A DNA stretch of 64,000 bases from the IMG/VR virus record IMGVR_UViG_3300011890_000001, positions 192,001 to 256,000 of that record. One strand, written 5' to 3'. Source of the stretch: a virus. Taxonomy: Duplodnaviria > Caudoviricetes. A model generated the notes under the pieces. That model was given only the letters and a program-made list of their open reading frames with translations, was not told where the DNA came from and did not search any database. Below are positions 30,652 through 39,239 of this stretch, piece after piece. Position numbers and translations under genes: made by a program. The stretch's first letter is position 1. Each line of letters opens with the position of its first letter.

Positions 30652-31128
30652 ATGAATGCTGAAGAAATCATCACGAATGTCCTGCAGTTTCGTCGCGACC
30701 ACCATGAACCGAAGACACCCATTGTTTTGAGCGCGGGGTGTGCACTGGTGATTTATGGCGTAAGGGAGACTTGCGGCGACATCGATGCCGATGTAAACGA
30801 ATCGGTCTATCGGCGACTTCGCAGTAAGGTCGATCCGACTGCAATTCAAAAGTTTGGAGATGTGGAATATTTTGCCGTCAATAACGCTATTGATCTCCAC
30901 ATCCTCAATCGCAACCGTAAATACATTGATGCCAGCGCGTGCTTCAGTACCGCACATCCGTTGTACGAGCAGGCAAAGGGCGTGCAGCTTTATACACTTG
31001 CCGATATGTATGAGCAGAAGCTTGCATTGATTAAGAACCCGCTCCGCAATCCTGCCAAACTCGAACAAGATAAAGCTGACCTGGACGGCATCAAGCTCCT
31101 TCGAACAATTGGCCTGAAGCGCCGTTGA
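30652..31128 (+). CDS. putative minimal nucleotidyltransferase (Pol beta-like fold), paralogue 1
   Basis: AGGT RBS before ATG 30652; LSAGCALVIYG...GDIDADV (hG..A, DxD); C-terminal K...D..D. Confidence 0.6.
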   Translation: MNAEEIITNVLQFRRDHHEPKTPIVLSAGCALVIYGVRETCGDIDADVNESVYRRLRSKVDPTAIQKFGDVEYFAVNNAIDLHILNRNRKYIDASACFSTAHPLYEQAKGVQLYTLADMYEQKLALIKNPLRNPAKLEQDKADLDGIKLLRTIGLKRR

Positions 31129-31140
31129 AGAACACCCCCC

Positions 31141-31170
31141 CCCCCACCCTCGAAGGGTGGGGGCTTATGC
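31141..31170 (+). terminator. hairpin followed by CTTATGC
   Basis: CCCCCACCCT-CGA-AGGGTGGGGG-CTTATGC, near-copy of the 30582 element. Confidence 0.65.
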
Positions 31171-31234
31171 CGTAAAGTTTAACAGTGATGTACGACACAT
31201 GTGTATTACCCAACACCCACACCGGAGTTAAGCA

Positions 31235-31585
31235 ATGGGCTACATGACTCGCGCCGAGTACAACGAACTGGTCGAAAAGCTGCGCAAGCGCGCAGCCGCA
31301 CTGAACACTGAACCGTACCCTCACTTCAGTCAAACCGTCAACGCCCCTGCCGGTAACGGACCGCTGACCGTTGTTGAGAAGAACGTCGGCCGTACGATCC
31401 GCATCGTGCTGACCGAGATCAAGCCCACCGACCCTGTCGACGCTGTGATCATCGCCGATCACCTTCTGGGTCGCGTACAGCGGGATAACGTCGAACCCGG
31501 CACCGCTGTGAAGAAGATGCGCAGTCTTCTGAACCTGGAAGAAGCCCGCAAGGAATATACCCGCCGCCTGAAGAAGTCGGCCTAA
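31235..31585 (+). CDS. hypothetical protein (116 aa)
   Basis: GGAG RBS; biased codons. Confidence 0.75.
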   Translation: MGYMTRAEYNELVEKLRKRAAALNTEPYPHFSQTVNAPAGNGPLTVVEKNVGRTIRIVLTEIKPTDPVDAVIIADHLLGRVQRDNVEPGTAVKKMRSLLNLEEARKEYTRRLKKSA

Positions 31586-31600
31586 ACTCAAGGAGTCGTC

Positions 31601-32026
31601 GTGAATAAAGAGCAGATCATCGCCCGTCTGGAATACTTCCGGAATCTGTTTGGGTTGGACAAGGATAGTTTCGCCATCAACTCCGGCACCGCCATGGTCA
31701 TGCATGGCCTGCGCGATGAGACCACCGACATCGACATTGAAATGGGCCGCTGCACCATTCAGGTGCTCGGACGCCCGATCAGCGCCGATGGCAAGTACCG
31801 TTTCCAGGGCGACTTCGACATCGGTCTGGCGCCGGGCGATGCCACCGTCTGCCGTATCGACGGTTACCTGGTTTACACGCTTGAAGAACTGCTGGAACAG
31901 AAGCGTCGACTCCTGCACGAATCCAACCGGGCGCCGTATAAGCGTACTCGCGACCAGTCAGACATCGACGCCATTCTGAACCATATCGCCGAGCGCGACA
32001 AGCAGCTGGAACTGGCCGATGCCTAA
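31601..32026 (+). CDS. putative minimal nucleotidyltransferase, paralogue 2
   Basis: AAGGAG RBS, GTG start; INSGTAMVMHG...TDIDIEM; YTLEELLEQK...K...DQSDID. Confidence 0.6.
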   Translation: MNKEQIIARLEYFRNLFGLDKDSFAINSGTAMVMHGLRDETTDIDIEMGRCTIQVLGRPISADGKYRFQGDFDIGLAPGDATVCRIDGYLVYTLEELLEQKRRLLHESNRAPYKRTRDQSDIDAILNHIAERDKQLELADA

Positions 32027-32291
32027 CCAACCTCCAGGCGCTTGGCCGTGGCCCAGTCGGACTTTCAATAAGCCGGAACCTGGGACCACCACGATCAAGG
32101 TCAGCGGGCTCAAGAAGTCGCCGCTCTTTACCGACAACAAGCCGCATGTGTTTGAAGACGTGATCGTCTCAACTGAAGACGCGCCTGCACACGCCGCAGC
32201 CGTAACCGAGTGGTTGGATGCATACGACCGCCACTATGGTTGCAGTGGATGGCGCTATATGGTCAACGTAAAAGACCATATCGCCAAGTAA
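32019..32291 (+). CDS. hypothetical protein (90 aa)
   Basis: 8-nt overlap with upstream gene; fills operon. Confidence 0.6.
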   Translation: MPNQPPGAWPWPSRTFNKPEPGTTTIKVSGLKKSPLFTDNKPHVFEDVIVSTEDAPAHAAAVTEWLDAYDRHYGCSGWRYMVNVKDHIAK

Positions 32292-32469
32292 CCTGAGGAT
32301 TTAAAATCCTTTGAGTTACTTACTATAGCCTTGTCATGGATCCCATAAAGAACCGTGGCAGCGCTGCTACACCGTTAAACTGGCCGAGGCGTAAAACAAT
32401 ACGCCTCCGTCGGATTCTGTGGGTCACCAAGCCCAACCCCTTTCATACGTTTTAAATCGAGGAATCATC

Positions 32470-32976
32470 ATGTCCGCTGCAACCGCCGAAAAGAAGACCG
32501 AAGCCAAGCCCGAGATCAAGGCACCGTCCGACGCCATCCTGGCCCTGGCCAAGGCCATCGGTTCGACCATGACCGCCACCGTGGAAAAGGGCGCCACCGA
32601 AGCCCAGGTCACCCTGTCGGCCGACCCGACCGATGCGAACATGCCCGAAGATCTGACCATGGCGCAGATCAAGCGCACCCAGGACTACCGCACCCACCTG
32701 GTCGCCGCTGGCTCCCTGGCCAATGCCGAAGCCGGCCTGAAGCTGATGGACAAGAACAAGGACCTGAACTCGGTTACCTCCTCGTTCAAGTTCGGCAACG
32801 ACACCATCGAAACCACCGTCCATCGCCAGAAGGAATTCAACGACGGCAAGGGCGGCAAGCTGGTCAAGCAGGGCTACGTCTCGGCCAGCGTCACCGCCAA
32901 GGGCGTCAGCAACACCGGCGAATTGGCCAAGGTGCGCAACCAGGTCAGCAACGAAGCCAAGAAGCTGTTCGGTTAA
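32470..32976 (+). CDS. probably highly expressed hypothetical protein (168 aa)
   Basis: GAGGA RBS before ATG 32470; extreme codon bias; own promoter-like motif and terminator. Confidence 0.8.
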   Translation: MSAATAEKKTEAKPEIKAPSDAILALAKAIGSTMTATVEKGATEAQVTLSADPTDANMPEDLTMAQIKRTQDYRTHLVAAGSLANAEAGLKLMDKNKDLNSVTSSFKFGNDTIETTVHRQKEFNDGKGGKLVKQGYVSASVTAKGVSNTGELAKVRNQVSNEAKKLFG

Positions 32977-33002
32977 TCCGGCCGGCGTCTCCGCGCTTTT
33001 CT

Positions 33003-33033
33003 AAATGGCGGGCCTACGGGCCCGCCATTTATG
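33003..33033 (+). terminator. hairpin ending TTTATG
   Basis: AAATGGCGGGCC-TACG-GGCCCGCCATTT-ATG. Confidence 0.8.
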
Positions 33034-33062
33034 CAGTCTCTGTTTTTTTAGGAAATGCCGTT

Positions 33063-33200
33063 ATGACCAAACCCGCCAATCCGGAGCTTCTCATCCATTT
33101 GGTGAGGATGCTCAAGCAACGCGGCTACAGCGATGCGAGCATTGCAAGTCAACTCAGGGTTGATCTAGCCACTGTGCGCAAACACACTGAAACCAATTAA
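33063..33200 (+). CDS. small helix-turn-helix protein (45 aa), not in ORF track
   Basis: translated by hand: MTKPANPELLIHLVRMLKQRGYSDASIASQLRVDLATVRKHTETN; AGGA upstream; classic HTH spacing. Confidence 0.65.
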   Translation: MTKPANPELLIHLVRMLKQRGYSDASIASQLRVDLATVRKHTETN

Positions 33201-33219
33201 CCGACTACCTTAGGCCAAT

Positions 33220-33708
33220 ATGAAGAAGCGAAAGACTACCACCTCGATCGATTACAGCAAGCTTACCGGCGTCAAACGCGGTCGTCTCACTTTTGTGAGC
33301 CTTGTTGGCGAAGTCGCAGGTGAGGATACTCGCTGGCTTGTTCACTGTTCTTGTGGACTTGTAGTTGAACGCCGTGCGGCTGCCATCTACTTTGGGCGCG
33401 TCAAGTCCTGTGGTTGCTTTAAGACCGAGAGTTTGATCCGGCGGATGACCACGCACGGTGACTGTAGGTCGCCGGAGTGGCGCTGCTGGAGTAACATCCT
33501 GAATATCCAGAAAGCTATACGAGCCGGGAAGATCCACGGTAGCGACTTCACTATCTGTCGACGTTGGCAGCACAGTTATTCTGCCTTCCTCGAAGACATG
33601 GGTCGACGCCCTCATCCGAAATCCCGCCTCCGCAGGATTGACCTGAAGAAGGGCTTCAGTAAGGACAATTGCTTTTGGATGGCGCCAGGACCAAAAGCCA
33701 AAATCTAA
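33220..33708 (+). CDS. HNH homing endonuclease-like protein, possibly catalytically degenerate
   Basis: W..HCSCG, KSCGC, THG, ICRRW..Y.AFLEDMG.RP, RID..KG.S.DNC.W motifs of phage HNH endonucleases. Confidence 0.75.
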   Translation: MKKRKTTTSIDYSKLTGVKRGRLTFVSLVGEVAGEDTRWLVHCSCGLVVERRAAAIYFGRVKSCGCFKTESLIRRMTTHGDCRSPEWRCWSNILNIQKAIRAGKIHGSDFTICRRWQHSYSAFLEDMGRRPHPKSRLRRIDLKKGFSKDNCFWMAPGPKAKI

Positions 33709-33720
33709 GGAGTAGACGCC

Positions 33721-34191
33721 ATGCGCGCCTTCACTATCCAAGTAGCCAAATGGCGACTGGCTAAGCAGCACAATGTTGAGTTTATCGACACGACCGTGAA
33801 AGGCGGCTACAGTCCGTTCGCACCGACCTGGGATATGGTCATGGGGCACAAGAACGGTACGATGTCAGATGAAGAATACAAGGACCTGTACTGGCACAAG
33901 CTGGTCCAGTCCTGGAAGTCTCGCCGCGAAGACTGGATGAAGATCATCCAGGATCCCACACCGGTCGCCCTGGCTTGCTATTGCAAGGAGGGTACCTTCT
34001 GTCATCGCTTGCTGTTGGTTGAGTTTCTTCAGAAGCTGTGCAAGCAACTGAACGTCGAGTTTGAATACTACGGCGAACTTACCAACACCCCCACTGAAAA
34101 GAAAGAGAACAAAGACCATGTCCAATCTGATCAAGGAACTGTTCAGTCGCCGACTGCAGAGCATCGTGGGAACGAACCAGACGGAGCTTGA
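33721..34191 (+). CDS. DUF488-like protein
   Basis: FAPTWDMV...Y...Y...ALACYC.....CHR.LL pattern; AAGGAG RBS. Confidence 0.6.
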   Translation: MRAFTIQVAKWRLAKQHNVEFIDTTVKGGYSPFAPTWDMVMGHKNGTMSDEEYKDLYWHKLVQSWKSRREDWMKIIQDPTPVALACYCKEGTFCHRLLLVEFLQKLCKQLNVEFEYYGELTNTPTEKKENKDHVQSDQGTVQSPTAEHRGNEPDGA

Positions 34192-34567
34192 TGCTTCCGA
34201 CATCAAGCCGGATAGCCCGATCCAGGCGGAAGAAGAACATCCGACGTATTTCAAGTTGTTGGATGCTTTCGCCTATATTCGCGATATCCTTCAGCCCCAC
34301 CTGCATGCAACGCATATCGAGTCCATGCTTCGCAATCTCTACGCCATGAGCGATGAGGAGCTGGACGAGCAGATCGAGATCGGGCGCAACAACGTACCGG
34401 ACGAACTGGCGCGTTGGGTGCGTGAGAAGAAGATCCCGCAAAAGTACCGCGAGCAGTGTGTGGATTTCTATCTCAAGGTACAGCAGCTGGATCAGTCTGC
34501 AATTTCCACTTTGTCCCAGCGGCGTTGGGAGGAGTTCTCTTACTGGGTGACACACAATGTCGAATAA
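34118..34567 (+). CDS. hypothetical protein (149 aa)
   Basis: ATG at 34118, overlapping the tail of the upstream gene by 74 nt. Confidence 0.65.
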   Translation: MSNLIKELFSRRLQSIVGTNQTELDASDIKPDSPIQAEEEHPTYFKLLDAFAYIRDILQPHLHATHIESMLRNLYAMSDEELDEQIEIGRNNVPDELARWVREKKIPQKYREQCVDFYLKVQQLDQSAISTLSQRRWEEFSYWVTHNVE

Positions 34568-34946
34568 CGAGGTATTGATCGGCATTCCTGAAATCACGGA
34601 CGTCTTCCCCAACAATCCGTTCGATCACTCCGTCATCGATGGCATCTGGAAAGCACACCTGCCTGAGCTGGTTCACACGACCGTGCGCTTTATCAACGGC
34701 GATTGTAGTCGTAGTGAAAATGCGACTGCGCTGAGTCTGCTGGTTGCCGAGGGCGATAGCCTCTTTGAAAAGTTCCGTAATCCGGAACACAGCGAGTACT
34801 ACGTGATCTATCAGGTTTTGGTAACCAAGGGATTCTTCGACGACTCCGAGCTGGCACCGGAAATGCTGCGTTTGCTCAATGAACCCTCTATCATGAAGCA
34901 GGGTTATTTGAAGAGCCTGCGGGCCGCTGCTGAGAAAACCCAGTAA
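34557..34946 (+). CDS. hypothetical protein (129 aa)
   Basis: overlapping start/stop; ends at terminator. Confidence 0.7.
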   Translation: MSNNEVLIGIPEITDVFPNNPFDHSVIDGIWKAHLPELVHTTVRFINGDCSRSENATALSLLVAEGDSLFEKFRNPEHSEYYVIYQVLVTKGFFDDSELAPEMLRLLNEPSIMKQGYLKSLRAAAEKTQ

Positions 34947-34950
34947 CATC

Positions 34951-35047
34951 CATAAGCCCTCCGTCCCTTATCGGGACGGAGGGCGCTATGCTGTCTTTTT
35001 TTTTTTGCTTAACGGCATAACGCGGGAGGTTTCCCTCCCGCGCATGC
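34951..35047. terminator. tandem terminators between convergent operons
   Basis: CATAAGCCCTCCGTCCC...GGGACGGAGGGCGCTATG, a T run, then GCATAACGCGGGAGG...CCTCCCGCG. Confidence 0.8.
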
Positions 35048-35055
35048 TTTGAACC

Positions 35056-35940
35056 TTACGGCTGACGGATCGGCTGACCGATCGTAGCGGCGTTGCGCAG
35101 CTGCTCCACGTAACCGTTCTCGGTATCCCGCACGTACGGGTCGATCTGGTTGGTGAAGGCATTGAACAGGTTCGGGTTGGCACCGGCCAGGTTCATACCG
35201 TCCAGACGGGACTGGGCGAACTCGTCGACGCGACGACCCACCATGGTCAGAGCGGTGAACTCGATGTTGTAGTCCACCGACTCGCCACCCTGGGTCAGGT
35301 CACGACGACCGTCCACGGTTGCGATCTGGTTGGTCGGACGCATGTTGGTGATCAGCCATGCCTTACCGGTCTGAACCTTGGTGTAGGTCGGATCGGGTTC
35401 GAAGAACAGCATGGTGGCACCGGTGTAGTCCGGCAGCAGGTCAGCCGGCTTACGGCCGGTAGCGATGATGCCCGGGGCCTTGGAGGCCGGATCCATCATC
35501 AGCATCTGCACCCAGCCTTCCAGGAAGTGGCGGATGGGCATGCCGTACTTTTCGGTCCAGGTGAAGGACGGGTTGGAACGAGCACGGGTCACATTGCTCA
35601 GATCCTGCTGCATTTCACCGGCACCGCCAACGGCGTTTTCGATGTGTTCCACGGTCAGAGTGGAGTTCAGACCTTCGATGGACTTGGGGTGCAGTTCCAC
35701 CAGGTTCTTCAGCGCCTTCTCCCACATTTCCGGATTGTCCAGATCGCGGAAACCGCGCGGCGGACGCACCAGGAGGCAGATGATGTTACGGCGAACGTAA
35801 GCGGAGTTACCAACGTAACCGCTCAAGTCCGGCGCAAAGCCCTGAAGGCCGCCGATGCTCAGATCCACCATCGGGGTGGCAGCATTCTTGCCGTAGGCGA
35901 CCTTTTGCAGGATGGTACCCTGCAGTCGAGTGTTGCTCAT
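35056..35940 (-). CDS. tail tube protein (phiKZ gp30-like)
   Basis: 294 aa directly downstream of sheath; P.GF, EKYG.P and LFFEPDPT motifs. Confidence 0.85.
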   Translation of the reverse strand: MSNTRLQGTILQKVAYGKNAATPMVDLSIGGLQGFAPDLSGYVGNSAYVRRNIICLLVRPPRGFRDLDNPEMWEKALKNLVELHPKSIEGLNSTLTVEHIENAVGGAGEMQQDLSNVTRARSNPSFTWTEKYGMPIRHFLEGWVQMLMMDPASKAPGIIATGRKPADLLPDYTGATMLFFEPDPTYTKVQTGKAWLITNMRPTNQIATVDGRRDLTQGGESVDYNIEFTALTMVGRRVDEFAQSRLDGMNLAGANPNLFNAFTNQIDPYVRDTENGYVEQLRNAATIGQPIRQP

Positions 35941-35993
35941 TTTCTATTTCCTCGGTTAAACAAATGGTCGGGAAGAGGGTGAAGCCGCGGAGG

Positions 35994-38105
35994 TTAGTCC
36001 GCGGTCACGATATCTTCGCTACGGGCCGCTTCGATGGTGTACACGCCCACGGTGGACATGTTCTGACCGGCCATGGTGATCACAGTGCGCCAGCTGTAAC
36101 CGCGATCCTGGTCGGCCTTGGTGTAGTAGGTCCGGCAGCTGATCTGTGCGCGACCATCGTAGCAACCTTCGACATCGGCCATGATCATTTCGTCCGAACG
36201 AGCGGCGAACTGGGCCTTGGTCAGACGACCGCTGATGCCGGTCAGGTTGCGGTAGGCGCGCTGAGCAACCTTCTCCAGGTCCGTGATGATACGGGCGTTG
36301 AAGTAGGAGTTCAGCACCGAGGTGTCGTCATCATAGACGGTCTGGATGCCCGGGTAGTACATGCTGCGCATGTCGTAGGACTGTGCGCTGATCATACCGG
36401 CAGCCCAGTCTGCTCGGCGAGCCGAGTAGGGCAGGAACTTGACGTTGTGATCGCGGTAACCTTCGATCTGGTTGTTCGGCGACTCGTCGAAAGCAGCGGC
36501 GCGATTCCAGATGCGGTTGCCGGCACCCATGTAGCTGGCGGCCTTCTTGGCGAAGCCGTGGATGAAGGGCAGGTGCTTATGGCCATTCACGCCGCGGTAC
36601 TTCGAACCCAGACGGATACCGGCATGCGGGTGCACCGACACGCGGCAGGCACCGGTACCGTAGATTTCCGATTCCGGGTACAGGCGTGCGGCATTACGCA
36701 GCGACTGAGCGATCGAGGTATCCTGGGCCGGGGTGTTCAGCGGCTTCGACACGTCCTGGGTGCAGACGTTGATGAACACGTCCTTACGGTGTGCGAGCGG
36801 GGTGAAGAACGCCAGCTTGGTATCCAGGGTGAAACCCGAGTCGTAGTAGTCCGACAGCGGGAAACGTGCCAGATCCAGGACATCGGTACCGGTCGAACCG
36901 TAGTTCAGCATTTCATTGCGAACCAGGGCATCGAACGAATCGAAGGTCATGGTACCGTCCGAACCGCCAGCTGCCCAGTGGGCAGTGTTCTCGGACAGTC
37001 GGATACCGCCTTCAGCCACACCACCCAGCTCGAAGCTGTAGTACGGAACACCATCGGCCGACATAGCGGAGAACGGGTTCACGGCGTACAGGTATTCACT
37101 GTCAGCGTCGATTTCCGGAACCGGCAGGGTGCCCAGCGGTGCTTCGGTTTCGCCGATCATCGCCAGAACCATTTCCAGGTTATCGGTGTAGATCTTCACG
37201 CGGCCGAACTGACCGTACTGTGCAACCACGCCCGGGGTGTCCAGATCCTGGTAGCTGTTGACGAAAATATCGCCCAGGAACAGTTCCGAGTCGGACGTGG
37301 TGTCGATGGCGCCCGGCTTCAGGGAGAAGTCGATGCTCTGCACACCCGACAGGGTTTCGTCGACATTCACGGTGGAGGTGGCGTCCATACGGGAGACCAC
37401 GGCCAGTCGATAAATGTGCGACTTGGTGCTGTTGTACATGGCCGAATTCATCGGCTGGTTCGACGCGAAGGTCGGAGCAACCAGACGGATACCGGAGTTG
37501 TTACCCTTGGCACCGAAGAAGTTGTGTTCGAACTCCAGGATCGGGATGACCTGCGACTGGGTCTGATCGGTAGCAACCAGACCGCCAGCCTTGACGGCGA
37601 CTTCGCCGAACGGCTGTGCGACACCGCCGACTTCCCAGTCGTTCAGCACCCAACGTGCACGGTGACCCGGGATCGTAGCCGGACCGGTGGTGACCGGGAT
37701 CTTGTTGCCGGCCTGGTTCAGGGCGAAAGTGCCGTCGGCATTGCGCTCGTACTGCGGGACGGCGTCAGCGACGATATCCAGCGACAGCAGGACGCGCGGC
37801 TTCGGGCCGGCATCGGCCGGAATCACACGCTGGACGAAAATCTGGTTACCTTCGCCCAGAACTTCCATAGCCAGTTCGGTCTGGTGATTGTAGTAGTCCG
37901 AACGCGGGTCGAAGGTCTTCTGACCGAACACCACCGAGGCCGAGGAACCGACCAGGGTCGGGCCTACCGGACCGGTTTCTGCGAACAGAAAGACGTGCGG
38001 AAGATGGGTAGGGGTCTGCTCCGGCTCACGGGCCGGAGTGCGACGGCTGAGGTCCCGGGTGCCCTCCAGGATCAGGTTGGGCGTTGCGGAAGTGATAATG
38101 CTCAT
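35994..38105 (-). CDS. contractile tail sheath protein (phiKZ gp29-like)
   Basis: 703 aa; G..D.S, P.HLP, YDSGF.LDTK, LYPESE.YGT.ACR, TVYDDDTSVLNS motifs. Confidence 0.92.
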   Translation of the reverse strand: MSIITSATPNLILEGTRDLSRRTPAREPEQTPTHLPHVFLFAETGPVGPTLVGSSASVVFGQKTFDPRSDYYNHQTELAMEVLGEGNQIFVQRVIPADAGPKPRVLLSLDIVADAVPQYERNADGTFALNQAGNKIPVTTGPATIPGHRARWVLNDWEVGGVAQPFGEVAVKAGGLVATDQTQSQVIPILEFEHNFFGAKGNNSGIRLVAPTFASNQPMNSAMYNSTKSHIYRLAVVSRMDATSTVNVDETLSGVQSIDFSLKPGAIDTTSDSELFLGDIFVNSYQDLDTPGVVAQYGQFGRVKIYTDNLEMVLAMIGETEAPLGTLPVPEIDADSEYLYAVNPFSAMSADGVPYYSFELGGVAEGGIRLSENTAHWAAGGSDGTMTFDSFDALVRNEMLNYGSTGTDVLDLARFPLSDYYDSGFTLDTKLAFFTPLAHRKDVFINVCTQDVSKPLNTPAQDTSIAQSLRNAARLYPESEIYGTGACRVSVHPHAGIRLGSKYRGVNGHKHLPFIHGFAKKAASYMGAGNRIWNRAAAFDESPNNQIEGYRDHNVKFLPYSARRADWAAGMISAQSYDMRSMYYPGIQTVYDDDTSVLNSYFNARIITDLEKVAQRAYRNLTGISGRLTKAQFAARSDEMIMADVEGCYDGRAQISCRTYYTKADQDRGYSWRTVITMAGQNMSTVGVYTIEAARSEDIVTAD

Positions 38106-38318
38106 TTGTTGAAGCTCCTAGGAACTGTTGGACAGTTTGAATCCATCATGCGGTTACCAAAATCGGGAACGCGACTCCCAATTTGAGACGGTACACGCAA
38201 TCGTATGCTGACTAATGCTATAGCAATGGAGTGATGTCGCGCATCATAGTAATAGGCGTAGAAAAAAACACACATTGACTTCTTTTCTTCCCTACTCATT
38301 TCGCTGCAGGAGTGCATA

Positions 38319-39239
38319 ATGTTTAAAACCCCTTATCAAACCACGGTGGGCAGCTCCTACGCACACCTCGTACCGACCGTTTCGTCTGCTCTCCAGCGCG
38401 CCCACATCCACGGTGATCTCCATGAAGCCAAGCTGCTTGATGGTCGACGTGTCGAAGGTGTGGTGATGGTGGGTGGCAATATCACCGACATCAAACCGTT
38501 TCCTTTCCCGATCGAATTCGAAGTCAGCGGCGAGAAGCTGATTGCTGTGGACGTACGTATGTGTACCCGCTATAACCGAGGGGAAGACCTCAAGGTTGTG
38601 GCTGGTGGCGACTACGAAGGTCTGCTCCTTCGTGCATCGTTGATGCGCTATTGGAGTGCCGGCGGAAATCGCGAGATGCGCCGCTGGAACGAGATCGCTG
38701 TCAAGGCATTTGTACGCATCACCTCTGAAGCTCTGATTCGCCGACTGAACCTGCCTCCTGCCGACCAGCAGGCCGTGATCGCCATGTGCGGTTATTTCTA
38801 TTTTGCCGGTTTTATCGGAGCTGAGATTTCGGCTGTCGAAAAGGAAGTGATTGCAGTGGCGGTGGCTCGCGCTACCCGTCTGCCGATTGCTACGGCAACT
38901 GACGTCATCATGCGCGAAGGTCCGGTTCCGGTTTCGCTTCAGGACTTCACCGACGCACTGCGAGGCGCCATCAATAGCCCGCGTCTGGAACACCTGGACG
39001 CTGCTACCATCATCAGCCTGATGGGCGGTATCTGGTTTGGCGCCAATGCCAAGGCCGTGATCGCCGTTGCTCTGGAATACCGTCCGTTCTGGATGGCGCT
39101 CATTTTCCAGGCACTGCAAGATCGCACCTTCGGAAACTCCAACCTCACCAAGATTGTGGAGCAGGAAAATCGCAACCGTGCCGCAACGGCATTTGTGCGT
39201 GAGCTTTCCTATGCTCTGGAGATTGAATCGGATGACTGA
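38319..39239 (+). CDS. virion structural protein (phiKZ gp28-like)
   Basis: MF.TPY.TT start; divergent from sheath; AGGAG RBS; synteny. Confidence 0.7.
   Translation: MFKTPYQTTVGSSYAHLVPTVSSALQRAHIHGDLHEAKLLDGRRVEGVVMVGGNITDIKPFPFPIEFEVSGEKLIAVDVRMCTRYNRGEDLKVVAGGDYEGLLLRASLMRYWSAGGNREMRRWNEIAVKAFVRITSEALIRRLNLPPADQQAVIAMCGYFYFAGFIGAEISAVEKEVIAVAVARATRLPIATATDVIMREGPVPVSLQDFTDALRGAINSPRLEHLDAATIISLMGGIWFGANAKAVIAVALEYRPFWMALIFQALQDRTFGNSNLTKIVEQENRNRAATAFVRELSYALEIESDD

Noticed and set aside
31135-31145. C11 run (and T runs near 7490, 35000, 59250) as phase-variation tracts
   Set aside because: All are intergenic and next to terminator hairpins; lengths may be sequencing noise
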